Origin: Alphaproteobacteria bacterium
GTDB lineage: Bacteria; Pseudomonadota; Alphaproteobacteria; Bin95
Reading direction: 5' to 3'
Assembly (NCBI GenBank): GCA_965215305.1
Contig: OZ244041.1
Location: 2,376,653-2,440,652, forward strand
DNA: 64,000 nucleotides
Under the pieces are notes generated by a model, which worked only from the letters and a program-made list of their open reading frames with translations, had not been told where the DNA came from and ran no database searches. The translations under genes were made by a program, and so were the position numbers. This document shows positions 1-10,832 of this stretch, in pieces; within the stretch, counting starts at the first letter, position 1, and every line of letters begins with the position of its first letter.

Positions 1-581
1 ATCATCGATTGCTATGGATTCATCCCTTCCTTGACGGCAACGGTCGTGTGGCGCGCCTGATGTCACATGCCGTTCTGCGGGACACGATGGACACAGGCGG
101 TATGTGGTCAGTCGCCCGCGGTCTGGCGCGCCATGTCGCTGACTACAAGGCCTGGCTCGCCGCCTGCGACCGGTCCCGCCGCAACGACCTCGATGGACGT
201 GGCAATCTCAGCGAAGAGGCGTTGGTCGATTTCACGCGGTTCTTTCTGAGCGTGTGCATCGACCAGGTGAAATTCATGGAAAGACTGGCTGCCCCGGACC
301 GGTTGCGAAACAGGATCGTGATCTGGGCAGAAGAAGAAATGCGCGCCGGGGCTATCCCCGCGAAATCAGGCGCCATTCTCGAAGCTGTACTGTTCCGGGG
401 CGCGTTGCTGCGTGGCGATGTGGCAGGTTTGCTGGGGACCGGAGAGCGGCAGGCCCGTCGGGTGACTTCCGCCTTGCTGGAGCACGAGGTCCTGCGGTCG
501 GAGAGTTCGCGCGCACCGCTGCGCCTCGCTTTGCCTGCAAGGCTTGCTTCCCGCTGGATGCCTGGATTGTTTCCGGAGTGA
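1..581 (+). CDS. Fic family protein, 5'-partial (continues upstream of window)
   Basis: Frame open to base 1; canonical Fic active-site motif HPFLDGNGRVARL at start of tracked ORF 9..581. Confidence 0.8.
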   Translation, partial: HRLLWIHPFLDGNGRVARLMSHAVLRDTMDTGGMWSVARGLARHVADYKAWLAACDRSRRNDLDGRGNLSEEALVDFTRFFLSVCIDQVKFMERLAAPDRLRNRIVIWAEEEMRAGAIPAKSGAILEAVLFRGALLRGDVAGLLGTGERQARRVTSALLEHEVLRSESSRAPLRLALPARLASRWMPGLFPE

Positions 582-694
582 GATGCTCGAATTGCAAAGC
601 ACGGGTGACAACACCGTTCCGGCTCTCGGTCGACTCGGCGTCCGGCATGGCATGGAGGTCGCGTGGCCAGTCAATTCAGGATGTTGGCCCGCGC

Positions 695-1294
695 TCAGTC
701 GCGGGCGAGCGCGCATAGCGGGCGGGCGAGGAGGCGTTCCACATAGCGGCGCAATGCCGGGAACTCTTCGAGATGGCCCAGGCGCCGCGCCCAGTTGAGG
801 CACCAGCCCACGATGATGTCGGTCACGGTGAACCGGTTTTCGACGAGATAGTCGTTCCGGGCAAGATGAGCTTCCGGCACCGCCGCGCTGCGCTTGAACA
901 TCTTCACGTTCTGCTCGAAGCCGGCGGTAATACGCGCTTGCTGAGGCAGCACATATTGGTTGACGGCGGTGTTCCAGAGCCACGCTTCCATCTCGGTGAG
1001 GCAGAACGAGACCCATTGGTCATGCTCGGCGCGGGCAAAGGTGCCGGGTGCGGCGACCAGATTCGCATTCGGCGTGCGGTCGGCAATGTAAGTGCAGATG
1101 GCCGCGGACTCGAACAGCGTCCGCCCGTCGATGACCGCTGCCGGTATCTTGGCGAGGGGATGATATCGCTGCATCTCCTCCACGCCCGCCATTTCGCGCC
1201 GGTCGACCTCGGCATAGGCGATGCCTGCTTCCTGCAAGGTCCATTTGCAGCGCGCGGTCCGGTTGGTACCGGCGCCGAACAGGATCACTTCCAT
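695..1294 (-). CDS. glutathione S-transferase family protein
   Basis: 199-aa ORF; GST N-domain pattern HPLAKIPAAVIDGRTLFESAAICTYIA followed by helical C-domain. Confidence 0.75.
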   Translation of the reverse strand: MEVILFGAGTNRTARCKWTLQEAGIAYAEVDRREMAGVEEMQRYHPLAKIPAAVIDGRTLFESAAICTYIADRTPNANLVAAPGTFARAEHDQWVSFCLTEMEAWLWNTAVNQYVLPQQARITAGFEQNVKMFKRSAAVPEAHLARNDYLVENRFTVTDIIVGWCLNWARRLGHLEEFPALRRYVERLLARPLCALARD

Positions 1295-1309
1295 GTCCCG
1301 GGAACTCCT

Positions 1310-2074
1310 CTAGGCCTGAAGTCCGGCGACAAAGTCGAAGATCGCATCGGCGACGCGCCCGGGCGCTTCGATGGGCGCGCCGTGGGCGAGGCCGTCGAGC
1401 ACAAGGGCCCTTGCATCCGGGATGGCCCGTGCGAGGGCGTGGCTCATGGCGGGCGTCGAGTTGGCGTCGTGCTCCGCCGTCATGGCCAGAGTGGGGCAGG
1501 AGATACGGACGACCTCGCGGGCAAGTTCGCCGTCCGCCGTCGCGAACACCCGGTAGGCGGCGAGGTAGGCCGTCGGGTCGTTGGCCAGCAGGCGGCGACG
1601 GATCGCCCCGACGATCTCCGGTGCGTCCTTCCGGAAGCCTTCGGTGAACCAGCGCTGGATGGCCGACTCGGCCATGCCTGCGGGGCCGTCCCGCTCGACC
1701 GTGGCGAGGCGCTGCAGAATGGCGGCGCATTGATGCTCGTCGCGGTCGAACACGGCGTTCATCAGCACCAGCCCCCGGAGCGCCTCGGGCCGGTCCAGCG
1801 CGAAGCGTTGCGCCACCATCGCCCCCATCGAAAAGCCGACGACAACGGGAGCGGATCCGAGACTGTCCACGACCCTGCCCAGCGCATCGGCAAAGGTCCC
1901 CAGGGTGACCTCGCCCGCCGGCATTCCGGCCTCGCCGTGGCACGGCATGTCGAAGGCGGTACAGCGGAGCCTGTCGGAGAGATGGCGGGCGACTCCCTCC
2001 CACATCGCCCGGTCCAGGCCGACCCCGTGGATCAGCACAACGGGCGGGGTGTCATCGCGTTTGGACGTATTCAT
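1310..2074 (-). CDS. alpha/beta hydrolase (3-oxoadipate enol-lactonase-like)
   Basis: VVLIHGVGLD oxyanion region and GFSMG nucleophile elbow; start chosen at MNTSKRD, whose ATG overlaps the upstream stop (ATGA). Confidence 0.8.
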   Translation of the reverse strand: MNTSKRDDTPPVVLIHGVGLDRAMWEGVARHLSDRLRCTAFDMPCHGEAGMPAGEVTLGTFADALGRVVDSLGSAPVVVGFSMGAMVAQRFALDRPEALRGLVLMNAVFDRDEHQCAAILQRLATVERDGPAGMAESAIQRWFTEGFRKDAPEIVGAIRRRLLANDPTAYLAAYRVFATADGELAREVVRISCPTLAMTAEHDANSTPAMSHALARAIPDARALVLDGLAHGAPIEAPGRVADAIFDFVAGLQA

Positions 2075-3108
2075 GCGAAGGCGGGCATCACTTCGTCGAT
2101 GAACAGGCGGAGCGACTTCCGCTTCTCGGCGGGCGGCATGCCGTTGTCGATCCACAGGCTGTACTGGTCGAAGCCCATCGCCTCGTAGTTCCTGAGCCGC
2201 GCGACAACCTCTTCCGGCGTGCCGACGACATTGTTGGCACGCATCTTCTCCGGCGAGAACATGTCCAGCTTCGCCATCTCCTCTTCGGAGAGCGGCTGGA
2301 TCATGCCCTGGTCGATGGGCCGCTCATTGCGGAACCAGGCGCCGAAATGGCAGTAGAAGCGGCTGAGCGCTTGCGCTCCGGCCGCGACCGCCTCCTGGTC
2401 CGCGCCAACATGGGTGTGGCGCAGCAGCATGATCCGCGGCCGCGACACGTCCGGATGCGCGGCGCAGGCGTCCTCGAAGCGCTGCATCAGCCGCTCCACC
2501 TCGTCGTCGCCCTGCCAGAGCGGCGTTACCTGCACATTGCAGCGTTCGGAAACAGCGAAGTTGTGGCTCTCGGGGTCGCGGGCGGCGATCCAGAGGGGCG
2601 GGTGCGGGTTCTGCACAGGCTTCGGCGAGGAGGTGGTCTTGGGGAACTGCCAGCGTTCGCCGTCATGTTCGTAGTCGCCTTGCCAGAGCTTCTTCACCGC
2701 CGGCACCGCCTCTCGGAGCGCGGCGCCCGCCGAGGCGGCGTCGAGGCCCGGCGAAAGACGCTCATATTCGAAGCTGTAGGCGCCGCGCGCCAAGCCGAGC
2801 TCCAGCCGCCCGCCGGTCACGATATCGGCCAGCGCCGCCTCGCCCGCCAGCTTTATAGGATGCCAGAAGGGCGCAACGATGGCCCCGGTGCCGAGGCGGA
2901 CATTCTTCGTCCGGTTCGCGAGGTCGGCGAGCGTGATGAACGGGTTCGGCGTGATGGTGAAATCCATGCCGTGATGCTCGCCCGTCCATATGGCCTCGAA
3001 GCCGCCCTCGTCGGCCATCCGGCAGAGTTCCAGCGTCTCGCGATAGAGCTCGGCATGGTCCTGTTGCGGCGTCAGCCGCTCCATATGGACGAACAGCGAA
3101 AACTGCAT
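2071..3108 (-). CDS. LLM-class (luciferase-like) flavin-dependent oxidoreductase
   Basis: MQFSLFVHMER...GGFEAIWTGEHHG N-terminus typical of luciferase-like monooxygenases; start at MQFSLF rather than ORF-track start. Confidence 0.8.
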   Translation of the reverse strand: MQFSLFVHMERLTPQQDHAELYRETLELCRMADEGGFEAIWTGEHHGMDFTITPNPFITLADLANRTKNVRLGTGAIVAPFWHPIKLAGEAALADIVTGGRLELGLARGAYSFEYERLSPGLDAASAGAALREAVPAVKKLWQGDYEHDGERWQFPKTTSSPKPVQNPHPPLWIAARDPESHNFAVSERCNVQVTPLWQGDDEVERLMQRFEDACAAHPDVSRPRIMLLRHTHVGADQEAVAAGAQALSRFYCHFGAWFRNERPIDQGMIQPLSEEEMAKLDMFSPEKMRANNVVGTPEEVVARLRNYEAMGFDQYSLWIDNGMPPAEKRKSLRLFIDEVMPAFA

Positions 3109-3199
3109 CCTCCGGCCTCCCGAAGCCTGCCGCAACGGTCATGGCATGACGCCGCTCCGACCTCGCAGGTTCGACACGGGTCGGCGGCCCCGATCGGGG

Positions 3200-4039
3200 T
3201 CAGGACACCGCGAACGGAGCGTGGTCGTCCAGAAGTCTAAGCGTTTCGTCCCGGCTCATATCCGGTATCTCGAACAGCGCGCGGTCGATGCCGGCATCGC
3301 GGCAGGCGGCGAGCTTCTCCTTGTCCGGCGGCGCCCGGAACAGTGTGACCTGCAGGGTGGCCATGTCCCGGCCGGCGGCGTCGGCATGGGCGCGCAGGCG
3401 GTCCATTTCGACTGCGGGGTCGAAGCCTAGCTTGGGCCGCGGCAGCCAGCCATCGCAATAGTCCACCACCCGGCGGAGCGTGTAGTCGGTCTCCCCGCCC
3501 ATCAGGATCGGCGGGTTGGGAGTCTGGACAGGCTTGGGCCAGGACCAGCACGAGTCGAACGACACATGCTCGCCGGAGAAAGAGGCTTCGTCCTCCGTCC
3601 ACAGCTTCTTCATGGCCAGCACGCGCTCGCGCACGATCGCGAACCGGGTGCGGTAGGTCGCCCCATGGTCCTCCATCTCCTCGACATTCCAGCCGCCGCC
3701 AAGGCCGAATACGAAGCGCCCGCCGGAAAGCCGGTCCAGGCTCGCCACCACCTTGGCCGTGACGATGGGATCCCGCTGCGCCAACAGGCAGATGCCGGTG
3801 CCGATGGTCAGCTTCTCCGTCGCCGCGGCCGCGAAAGCGAGCGCGACAAAGGGGTCGTGGGTGTGCGCATAGCGCTTTTGCAGCGGCCCGCCGGCCGGGA
3901 AGGGCGACCGCCGGCTGGTGGGAATGTGGGTGTGCTCGGGCACGAACAGCGCCTCGAAGCCCCGCTCCTCCAGCGCGACGGCGAGTTCGGTGATGTCGAT
4001 GGAATAGTCCGTCGGGAAGATGAAGACGCCGGTTTTCAT
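3200..4039 (-). CDS. LLM-class (luciferase-like) oxidoreductase, short ~280-aa subfamily
   Basis: MKTGVFIFPTDY...EERGFEALFVPEHTHIP and GLGGGWNVEEMEDHG motifs; start overlaps ubiG stop (ATGA). Confidence 0.8.
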   Translation of the reverse strand: MKTGVFIFPTDYSIDITELAVALEERGFEALFVPEHTHIPTSRRSPFPAGGPLQKRYAHTHDPFVALAFAAAATEKLTIGTGICLLAQRDPIVTAKVVASLDRLSGGRFVFGLGGGWNVEEMEDHGATYRTRFAIVRERVLAMKKLWTEDEASFSGEHVSFDSCWSWPKPVQTPNPPILMGGETDYTLRRVVDYCDGWLPRPKLGFDPAVEMDRLRAHADAAGRDMATLQVTLFRAPPDKEKLAACRDAGIDRALFEIPDMSRDETLRLLDDHAPFAVS

Positions 4040-5085
4040 GTGTCGGGAGAGTCCTTTTCTTGATATCGGGCAAGGCGCTCGGCGATCTCCTCCTCCCGGA
4101 GAATGCCGAGCTCGACGATGTTGGCCTTGAGGGCCAGCAGCCAGCGCTGATAGTAGCCGAGGCCGTCATAGAGCTGCTGGGGCAGATCCTCCTGGCCGCG
4201 CCGGCTGCTGTCGCTGGTGAGGCGCGGGTCGTGGTCCTGGAGCAGGACCTTCATCGCATCCACGCGCTTGCCGAGCTCGTCGGGCGGCGTCTCGTCGCGT
4301 TCGACCGGACCTGCCTCGCGGCCGCCATAGTCGCTGACAAGGCCGGAGGCGTCGGGAGAGGTTGCAGCCATCAGATAGTTCACCGAAAGATCGCGGGTAA
4401 GGGACCAGGCTCCGGAAAGCGGCGTATAGCTCATGCCCGAAACCGCCGCCGGACGCAAACCTGCCGCGCGGATAGCGCGGGCCAGTTCGGAGGGCTTCAC
4501 GAAGCGTGAGAAGTCGTGCGTGCCCGGCGGCAGCCAGCGCAGCAGATACTCCGCGCCGATCTTCGCCTTGAGCAGGCTCGCTGCCGTGCGGTTGAGCGTC
4601 GAGAACAGCATGAGCCCGCCCGGTTTGAGCAGGGCGGCCGCCGCGCGGACGAACGCGCCAAGGTCCGGGACATGCTCGACGAGCTCAAGTGCGATAACGG
4701 CATCGAATCGCTTGCCGCCAAGCGCTTCGACCGCAGCGCAGCGATAGTCGATCCGGAGACCGGCCGCCTCGGCATGGGCGCGCGCAATACGCACCGTATC
4801 CGGCTCGGCATCGATCGCCGTGATGGCGGCGCCCAGCCGCGCCAGCGGCTCCGCGATGAGGCCGCCGCCGCAACCGGCGTCCAGCAGGCTGAGGCCCGCC
4901 AGCGGGTGCGGCGCCAGCGGGTCGCGGCCGAAGCGGTCGGCAATCCGGTCCCGCACCCAGCCGATCCTGACCGGATTCATGGCGTGCAGCGGCCTGAATT
5001 TGCCCTCGGGGTCCCACCACTCATCCGCAATGGCGGCAAAACGCCGGGTCTCTTCCGCGTCCACGGTGCTGCGGGACACTGTCAT
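4036..5085 (-). CDS. ubiG: ubiquinone biosynthesis O-methyltransferase UbiG with ~107-aa C-terminal extension
   Basis: FAAIADEWWDPEGKFRPLHAMNP, SAM motif LLDAGCGGGLIAEPLARLG, usual family end DLSVNYLMAA at ~aa 241, then in-frame extension; start at MTVSRST (5085). Confidence 0.8.
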   Translation of the reverse strand: MTVSRSTVDAEETRRFAAIADEWWDPEGKFRPLHAMNPVRIGWVRDRIADRFGRDPLAPHPLAGLSLLDAGCGGGLIAEPLARLGAAITAIDAEPDTVRIARAHAEAAGLRIDYRCAAVEALGGKRFDAVIALELVEHVPDLGAFVRAAAALLKPGGLMLFSTLNRTAASLLKAKIGAEYLLRWLPPGTHDFSRFVKPSELARAIRAAGLRPAAVSGMSYTPLSGAWSLTRDLSVNYLMAATSPDASGLVSDYGGREAGPVERDETPPDELGKRVDAMKVLLQDHDPRLTSDSSRRGQEDLPQQLYDGLGYYQRWLLALKANIVELGILREEEIAERLARYQEKDSPDT

Positions 5086-5169
5086 CGCAACTTGTTCCAG
5101 CCGGGAGGCCGGAATATGTTGCGCTCGCCCGCCGGCGGCAAGCGGTTGCAGGCGGTCGAAGGGTTTTTC

Positions 5170-6387
<1,218 letters not shown>

Positions 6388-6388
6388 G

Positions 6389-7405
6389 ATGAACGCGGGC
6401 GCGCAACTCGACCGGCTCTGGGCGCGGGGCCGCGAGTTCCTCGGTTGCGAGACCGCCATCATGGGCGGCGCGATGACCTGGGTCTCCGAGCGCAACCTGG
6501 TCGCCGCGATATCCGAAGCGGGCGCTTTCGGCGTCATCGCCTGCGGCGCTATGGAGCCGGACCGGCTGGCGCTCGAGATCGCAGGCGCGCGCTCGCTCAC
6601 CGGGAGGCCCTTCGGCGTCAACCTCATCACCATGCACCCGAAGCTGGACGCGCTGATCGATGTCTGCGGGGAGATGGGCGTCAGCCATGTTGTTCTGGCG
6701 GGAGGTCTGCCCCGCCGCGCGGCCATGCGCCGGGTCAAGGAGCAAGGCGCCAGGCTGGTCTGCTTTGCGCCAGCGCTGCCGCTTGCCCGTAAGCTGGTGC
6801 GGGACGGGGCCGATGCGCTGATCATCGAAGGCGCGGAAGCGGGCGGGCATACGGGTCCCGTCGCGACGGCCGTGCTGGCCCAGGAGATCTTGCCCGAGAT
6901 CCGCGATGTGCCGGTATTCGTGGCCGGTGGCATCGGACGGGGCGAGGCCGTTCTGGCCTTCCTGGAGATGGGCGCGTCGGGCTGCCAGATCGGGACGCGG
7001 TTCGCAGCGGCGGAGGAATCCATCGCCCATCCGCGTTTCAAGCAGGCGTTCCTGCGCGGCGAGGCGCGGGACGCCGTGCTGTCGCAACAGATAGACCCGC
7101 GCTTCCCGGTCGTTCCGGTCCGCGCGCTCGCCAACGACGCCTCGCGCCGGTTCGGCGCATTCCAGCAGGAGGTTATCGCCCGCCACCGGTCCGGCGAACT
7201 CGACCTCAAGGAAGCACAGCTCGAAATCGAGCATTTCTGGGCGGGTGCCCTGCGGCGCGCCGTGATCGAGGGGGATGTCGAGAACGGATCGGTTATGGCA
7301 GGGCAGAGCGTTGGCATGGTGAAACGAATCGAGCCGGTTTCTGCCATCCTTGATGAGCTGCGCGCGCAGGCGCTCGCCATGCTGGCGGGGCGGAGCCGCT
7401 CGTGA
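6389..7405 (+). CDS. nitronate monooxygenase / FabK-like NAD(P)H-dependent flavin oxidoreductase
   Basis: MGGAMTWVS...LVAAISEAGAFGVIA and IIEGAEAGGHTGPV motifs of the NMO family. Confidence 0.8.
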   Translation: MNAGAQLDRLWARGREFLGCETAIMGGAMTWVSERNLVAAISEAGAFGVIACGAMEPDRLALEIAGARSLTGRPFGVNLITMHPKLDALIDVCGEMGVSHVVLAGGLPRRAAMRRVKEQGARLVCFAPALPLARKLVRDGADALIIEGAEAGGHTGPVATAVLAQEILPEIRDVPVFVAGGIGRGEAVLAFLEMGASGCQIGTRFAAAEESIAHPRFKQAFLRGEARDAVLSQQIDPRFPVVPVRALANDASRRFGAFQQEVIARHRSGELDLKEAQLEIEHFWAGALRRAVIEGDVENGSVMAGQSVGMVKRIEPVSAILDELRAQALAMLAGRSRS

Positions 7406-9663
7406 CGCAGCAGACCGTCCGTCCGGACGCCTCGCGCTTGTTGCTGCAGCGCGTCCGCGAGGTAGCGGCGACGGTCGTGGACAAGCAGGACCGTCTGGAC
7501 GGGATAACCGCCGAAATCGCGGACGTCATGGGAGCGGAGGTCTGCTCAATCTATATCCGCCACGGTGATAACCGCCTGCTGCTGGCGGCGACCATGGGCC
7601 TCAATACCGAGGCGGTCCACAACACGGCCCTTACGGTCGGCGAGGGCCTGGTCGGGCTGGTTGCGGAGAGCGCGCGGCCGGTGAACCTGCCCGAGGCCGC
7701 GGCGCATGAGAATTTCGCCTATCGGCCCGAGACCGGCGAAGAAGCCTTTCATTCCTTCGTCGGTGTGCCGCTGTTGCGCGGCGGCCTGGTCGTCGGCGTG
7801 CTGACCGTGCAGAACGTCCGACCCCGGCTTTACGCCAGGGATGAGGTTGATGCGCTGCAGACTGTGGCAATGCTGGTCGCGGAAGTTGCCGCGGCGCATG
7901 AACCGCCGGGCGATGATATTGGCGAGGACCTGCGTCCGGTGCGGCTGGAGGGCAGGGTGCTGAACGCCGGCGTCACGCTCGGCACGGCCTATATGCATGA
8001 AGTCAGGCTGCCCGTTCAGAGCATGGTGTCGGGCGGGGACGCCGCCGCTGAGATCGCGCGGGTGGACCGGGCGCTGGAAGAAATGCACCGCGCGCTCGAC
8101 GACCGCTTCCATGCCGCTGACCTCGCCGGGGAGGGCGAGCACCGGGAGGTGTTGCAGGCCTACCGGATGTTCGCCGAGGACCGCGGCTGGCTGTCGCGGA
8201 TTCGCGAGGCCGTGCGCGGCGGATTGAGCGCCGAGGGCGCCGTGGCGCGAATCCAGGAGCAGATGCGGGCCCGCATGCGGCAGATGCGCGACCCCTTCTT
8301 TCGCGAGCGCCTGCACGATCTTGACGACCTCAGCTACCGGCTGTTCGAACACCTGGCCGGCGAGGCCGGCGGCATGCGGAAGGAGGCGCTTCCCGCCGAC
8401 GCGGTTCTGGTAGCCCGGCATATGGGGCCGGCCGAACTGCTCGACTATCCGCGCGAAAGATTGCGTGCCCTGCTGCTGGAGGAAGGCTCGCACACGGCGC
8501 ATGTCGTGATTGTCGCGCGCGCGCTCGACATTCCGGTTCTCGGCGACCTGAAGGATATCGCCGCGATTGCCGAAAACGGCGACCGGGTTGCCGTGGACGG
8601 CGAGAACGGCCAGGTGTTCATCCGTCCCGGCATCCAGGTCGAGCAGAATTTCCTTCACGCCATGCAGATGCGGGAGGAGCGCCGGGCGCAGTACGCCGTG
8701 CTCCGGAACAAGGCCGCGCGCTCGGTGGACGGCGTGGAGGTGTCGCTCACTATCAATGCAGGCCTGTTGATCGACATCCAGCAGGTCGCGGCGGTCGGCG
8801 CCGATGGGGTCGGCCTCTACCGGACGGAGATTCCCTTCATGGTCCGGTCGCGCTTCCCTGATGTGCAAGACCAGCAACGGCTTTACAGCCGGGCGCTGGA
8901 CCTCGCTGAAGGCCGGCCGCTTGTCTTCCGCACGCTGGATATCGGCGGGGACAAGGTTTTGCCCTACTGGCGGCTGGCGGAGGAAGAGAATCCAGCCATG
9001 GGGTGGCGGGCGCTCAGATTGATGCTCGACCGACCGCAAATGCTGCGTCAGCAGCTTCGTGCGATGGTGCGGGCCGCTGCCGGGCGCGACCTGTATGTCA
9101 TGTTTCCAATGGTGACCGAGGTTTCCGAGTTCGCGCGCGCCAAGGCGATTCTGGATGCGGAGATCGATCGGGAGAGACGCCGGGGACGGGACAGCCCGGC
9201 CTCGGTTCATGCAGGCGCGATGCTCGAAGTGCCGGCGCTGGTATGGCAGTTACCGGCCCTGTTGCGGCTGACGGATTTCATTTCCGTCGGAAGTAACGAC
9301 CTGCTGCAGTTCTTTTTCGCGGCCGACCGGGCGAATCCGAGGGTGGCGGCGCGCTACGACCTGCTTTCGCCGGCGGTGCTGGCGTTCTTCGCCCATATCG
9401 TGGACAGCGCCAAGGGCGCAAACCGGCCCATAGCGTTCTGCGGAGAGATGGCCGGAGGCGTGCTGGAGGCGATGACGCTGATCGGCCTGGGATTCCGCAG
9501 GCTGTCCGTCGCGCCCGCTTCGGTCGGGCCGGTCAAGGCCATGCTGCGCGCGACCGAGGTGGGGCCGCTCGCCGACTATGTCCGCGCACTGGCGGGTCTT
9601 CCGGATCGTACGGTACGCGACAAATTGCGCGCCTATGCGCTGGACCACGACATTCCCTTGTGA
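7402..9663 (+). CDS. ptsP: phosphoenolpyruvate-protein phosphotransferase EI-Ntr (N-terminal GAF domain)
   Basis: GTG start overlapping upstream stop; GAF region then PEP-utilising enzyme motifs (GSHTAHVVIVARALDIP, LYRTEIPF, FISVGSNDLLQF). Confidence 0.9.
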   Translation: MTQQTVRPDASRLLLQRVREVAATVVDKQDRLDGITAEIADVMGAEVCSIYIRHGDNRLLLAATMGLNTEAVHNTALTVGEGLVGLVAESARPVNLPEAAAHENFAYRPETGEEAFHSFVGVPLLRGGLVVGVLTVQNVRPRLYARDEVDALQTVAMLVAEVAAAHEPPGDDIGEDLRPVRLEGRVLNAGVTLGTAYMHEVRLPVQSMVSGGDAAAEIARVDRALEEMHRALDDRFHAADLAGEGEHREVLQAYRMFAEDRGWLSRIREAVRGGLSAEGAVARIQEQMRARMRQMRDPFFRERLHDLDDLSYRLFEHLAGEAGGMRKEALPADAVLVARHMGPAELLDYPRERLRALLLEEGSHTAHVVIVARALDIPVLGDLKDIAAIAENGDRVAVDGENGQVFIRPGIQVEQNFLHAMQMREERRAQYAVLRNKAARSVDGVEVSLTINAGLLIDIQQVAAVGADGVGLYRTEIPFMVRSRFPDVQDQQRLYSRALDLAEGRPLVFRTLDIGGDKVLPYWRLAEEENPAMGWRALRLMLDRPQMLRQQLRAMVRAAAGRDLYVMFPMVTEVSEFARAKAILDAEIDRERRRGRDSPASVHAGAMLEVPALVWQLPALLRLTDFISVGSNDLLQFFFAADRANPRVAARYDLLSPAVLAFFAHIVDSAKGANRPIAFCGEMAGGVLEAMTLIGLGFRRLSVAPASVGPVKAMLRATEVGPLADYVRALAGLPDRTVRDKLRAYALDHDIPL

Positions 9664-9737
9664 GAGTGGATTTCGCGCTTGATTTGCAGCCTCTCTTTCT
9701 GACATATTTTGAGAAAGGAGAGGAAGTTCGCGCGCCG

Positions 9738-10775
9738 ATGCAAAATTCAGATGGATGGCACGCGCGATTACGCGCAATTCGCATCCGGGCGAGAGGACGG
9801 CGTAGCGCGCCGTCGGAAGTATATGAACCTCTTAACGAGGAAACCGTTGGTGCCTTTTTGCGACGTCGTCGGGAGGCGCGGCACGAAACGTTGAGTCATA
9901 TTTCCCAAGCGTTGCGCATTCGTTTGCCATATGTGAAAGCAATTGAAGACGACGAATGGCGCTCATTGCCGAATTCCGTTTATGCGCGGGCTTTTCTGCG
10001 AAGTTACGCCATTCATGTCGAGGCGGATCCTGACCGGCTATTGGCCCGGGTGGAAGCGGACCTCGAGTCGAAACCCGGACCGGACACGCCGCTGCCGCCG
10101 CTGCCTGTCGGCGACCGGTCCTTGCCCGGTGGTGCTCTGGTAGGAGCTTCGGTGCTGCTGGCGATCGCCGTCTATGCGGGCTGGTACTATTTCAGCGTGG
10201 AGCAACTGCGCGACGAGCGGGTCGTGGCGGCGGTGCCCGACCGGTTGTTGATGGAGCTTGCACCTGCGGAGCGCGTGTTGAGTGCACCTGTTGCCGCTTC
10301 GTTCAGGACAATGGAGCAGGCGGCGGAGGCAAGACCCGAGCATACGCCGGCGGAAGAGATGGACTTGATGGACTCCGAGCCGGCCGATGTCGGGAGCCGG
10401 GTTGCGAGCGGGATCAGCCCCGGCCTGCCGGCGATAGCCGCACCGGGCCCGGGGGACGCCTCCGCGCGGGAACGAACGGCACGCAGCGGCACGGCATCCG
10501 CTTCCAACGGGATTGTGTTCCATGCCGTCCATCCCACCTATATCGAGGTGCGTTCTGTCGAAACGGACAAAGTGCTGGTGGAGCGGATGCTGCGCGCCGG
10601 CGAAAGCTATCGGCCGCCGGACGGTCGGGGATTATTGCTGAGCGTGGGAGATGCCGGCGGGTTGGAGATCGTGGTGGACGGCGTTCGGATTCCCTCTCTC
10701 GGTGTCGCCGGCGCCGTGATGCGTGATATCCCGCTCGACGCCGACCTGTTGTTGCGAACCCGGGTCGGAGGCTGA
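9738..10775 (+). CDS. rodZ: RodZ-like cytoskeleton protein (HTH, one TM segment, DUF4115-like C-terminus)
   Basis: HTH LRIRLPYVKAIEDDEWRSLPNSVYARAFLRSYA, TM GALVGASVLLAIAVYAGWYYF, C-terminal beta-rich domain; ATG 9738 preceded by GAGAAAGGAGAGGAAG. Confidence 0.65.
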   Translation: MQNSDGWHARLRAIRIRARGRRSAPSEVYEPLNEETVGAFLRRRREARHETLSHISQALRIRLPYVKAIEDDEWRSLPNSVYARAFLRSYAIHVEADPDRLLARVEADLESKPGPDTPLPPLPVGDRSLPGGALVGASVLLAIAVYAGWYYFSVEQLRDERVVAAVPDRLLMELAPAERVLSAPVAASFRTMEQAAEARPEHTPAEEMDLMDSEPADVGSRVASGISPGLPAIAAPGPGDASARERTARSGTASASNGIVFHAVHPTYIEVRSVETDKVLVERMLRAGESYRPPDGRGLLLSVGDAGGLEIVVDGVRIPSLGVAGAVMRDIPLDADLLLRTRVGG

Positions 10776-10832
10776 CAGGCCGCTCCAAGGCAGGAAGCGG
10801 GCTCGTTAGGACAAGCGTCCGAAAGGTGCGTC

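Noticed and set aside
3200-4039. Calling the short LLM oxidoreductase F420-dependent
   Set aside because: The fold family is clear, but cofactor specificity (F420 vs FMN) cannot be decided from the sequence by eye. No F420 biosynthesis genes are visible in this window.
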